Shown: positions 62,883 to 64,000 of the stretch, piece after piece
Position numbering within the stretch: position 1 is the first letter of the stretch
How the letters are laid out: each line of letters begins with the position of its first letter
IMG/VR virus record: IMGVR_UViG_3300019458_000024
Span: 1-64,000 of that record
Source of the DNA: a virus
Strand: one strand, 5' to 3'
Length of the DNA stretch: 64,000 nucleotides
Notes under the pieces: model-generated
Databases searched by the model: none
Told to the model about the DNA's origin: nothing
What the model saw: the letters and a program-made list of their open reading frames with translations, nothing else
Made by a program: the position numbers and the translations under genes

Positions 62883-63316
62883 ATGTAAAACCTTATCGTG
62901 TAAGGGTGGTAGCTATCAATGAGATGATTAAGGTTACTGTTAACAACGTGCTGATTCCAGGCGCCTATTTCCTGTGGCGTGGCTACGGAATAAACGATGA
63001 GGATCCTTTTCCAATGGCATTCTCCCCGCCTCCTAAGGTAAAGGCTAACGAGTTCTTAATCATATCTGCAACAGATGTGATGACACGTAAAGAAGTGTGG
63101 CGTGACAAATACCTGCGTCGTTATAAACACGGTAAGTTGTCTTGGGATCTGATACATACAACTTACAAAGGGCCTAATAAACTCCCTCACCGAACGCGCA
63201 TGAAAGCACCGGAGCCGGAGAAACCGACCATCACTAAGTCTCCTAGTAAGGATGAAACAGCGAGAATGCAACGTTTGTGTGACGAACGAAAAAAGAAAGC
63301 GTTATGGAACTTTTGA
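62879..63316 (+). CDS. Hypothetical protein
   Basis: ATGA-coupled start; ends KKALWNF, similar to DALWNF at the end of 44973..45470. Confidence 0.45.
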   Translation: MNVKPYRVRVVAINEMIKVTVNNVLIPGAYFLWRGYGINDEDPFPMAFSPPPKVKANEFLIISATDVMTRKEVWRDKYLRRYKHGKLSWDLIHTTYKGPNKLPHRTRMKAPEPEKPTITKSPSKDETARMQRLCDERKKKALWNF

Positions 63317-63355
63317 AGTTTTACTCTGTGGGCAATTTAATGTAATGTAGGAAGA

Positions 63356-63700
63356 GTGGGAGAGTGGTTCAAAGAATTGTATAAGAGTGTAAAATATTAC
63401 TTTTCTTTGTATCTGTGTTCGTGGATGGGGCACAAGTTTGGACCTTACCAACACTCCGTAGTACCGTTGGGCGGACCGTATGTGCTCGAAGGTAAGTTTT
63501 CATACTGTGAAAGATGTGGCGCCCGATGCAAAGGTCGTAATACTAAAGCTGTTCCTTTGTACGACCCAGACGATTCCAGACACCCGTGGAAACTGAAAGG
63601 ATGGCAATACAATAGAGAAACAAAAAACTGGCAACATCCCGATTTTCCAGGTGAAATTAGAACTCTAGAAGACAGAGTCGCATCTGGTAAGGTAATCTAA
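63356..63700 (+). CDS. Hypothetical protein with CxxxGH..CERCG motif
   Basis: LCSWMGHK..YCERCG. Confidence 0.45.
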   Translation: MGEWFKELYKSVKYYFSLYLCSWMGHKFGPYQHSVVPLGGPYVLEGKFSYCERCGARCKGRNTKAVPLYDPDDSRHPWKLKGWQYNRETKNWQHPDFPGEIRTLEDRVASGKVI

Positions 63701-63708
63701 TTAGAGTC

Positions 63709-64000
63709 ATGCCTATTATTAACATACCTACAATTACAGCAACCGGAGTCTGGACGGTTGATCCTACTATTACAGTTACCAGTGACAAGTTTGTCTTTAC
63801 CCCAAACCTCCCTGCGCATACAGCTATCTTGACTTCTAGTGTTCCTATGGCTTTATGGGTAGAATTGTTCGAACTTTTTGAGAAAAAGCTCACACAGAAA
63901 GATTTGGATGATTTTTGGGCCCGCTGGAATGCTTCCATGTCCGGCGTTGCGTGCCCTGTGTTGCCAGGCGCCAGAGGCCCCGTTGTGGATTTGAAATCTG
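63709..64000 (+). CDS. Hypothetical protein, 3'-truncated by window edge
   Basis: ATG 63709 (MPIINIPT), open to the window end. Confidence 0.35.
   Translation, partial: MPIINIPTITATGVWTVDPTITVTSDKFVFTPNLPAHTAILTSSVPMALWVELFELFEKKLTQKDLDDFWARWNASMSGVACPVLPGARGPVVDLKS

Noticed and set aside
1-64000. Genome-wide TAG reassignment (alternative genetic code)
   Set aside because: PolA, SbcC, the MTase, the SF2 helicase and MazG end at TAG at their expected C-termini, and long genes are not fragmented; only one internal TAG was noticed.
1-64000. CRISPR array, tRNA genes, integrase, or DGR reverse transcriptase
   Set aside because: No regularly spaced repeat-spacer units, cloverleaf with T-loop consensus, recombinase motifs or RT motifs were recognised by eye; a tRNAscan run would be needed to be certain.

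Overview
The window is a gene-dense segment of a large tailed dsDNA bacteriophage genome, mostly on the + strand and read with the standard code (TAG ends well-conserved genes). The host is probably a diderm, because the phage encodes lipoproteins and an outer-membrane beta-barrel-like protein. Region 1-17.5 kb holds modular tail-fibre/tailspike genes, interrupted by a spanin-like pair and a WGR-like gene plus SF2 helicase. Region 18-41 kb is replication and recombination: a putative initiator, class II RNR with two HNH inteins, DnaB-like helicase, family A DNA polymerase, UvsY/SSB/RecA-like genes, SbcCD, two DNA MTases, a resolvase and RNase H. Region 42-51 kb has a GpA-type terminase, dNMP kinase, M15 endolysin and an RlpA-like protein. 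Region 51-64 kb has nucleotide-metabolism and accessory genes, including a T5 A1-like gene, lipoproteins, proteases and a glycosyltransferase. Most notable: (1) an MTase intein whose HNH endonuclease is overprinted in the +1 frame; (2) a LAGLIDADG gene that appears to have displaced a phosphoesterase 5' end and supplied a replacement; (3) an HNH-MazG fusion; (4) four 'docking domain + M-S/T-Y partner' tail cassettes; (5) a ~165-nt structured intergenic RNA candidate; (6) a 13-bp motif, TGTAGAATGACCT, before five start codons; (7) an amber-interrupted tail-assembly gene. All calls come from reading motifs by eye; no database search was run.
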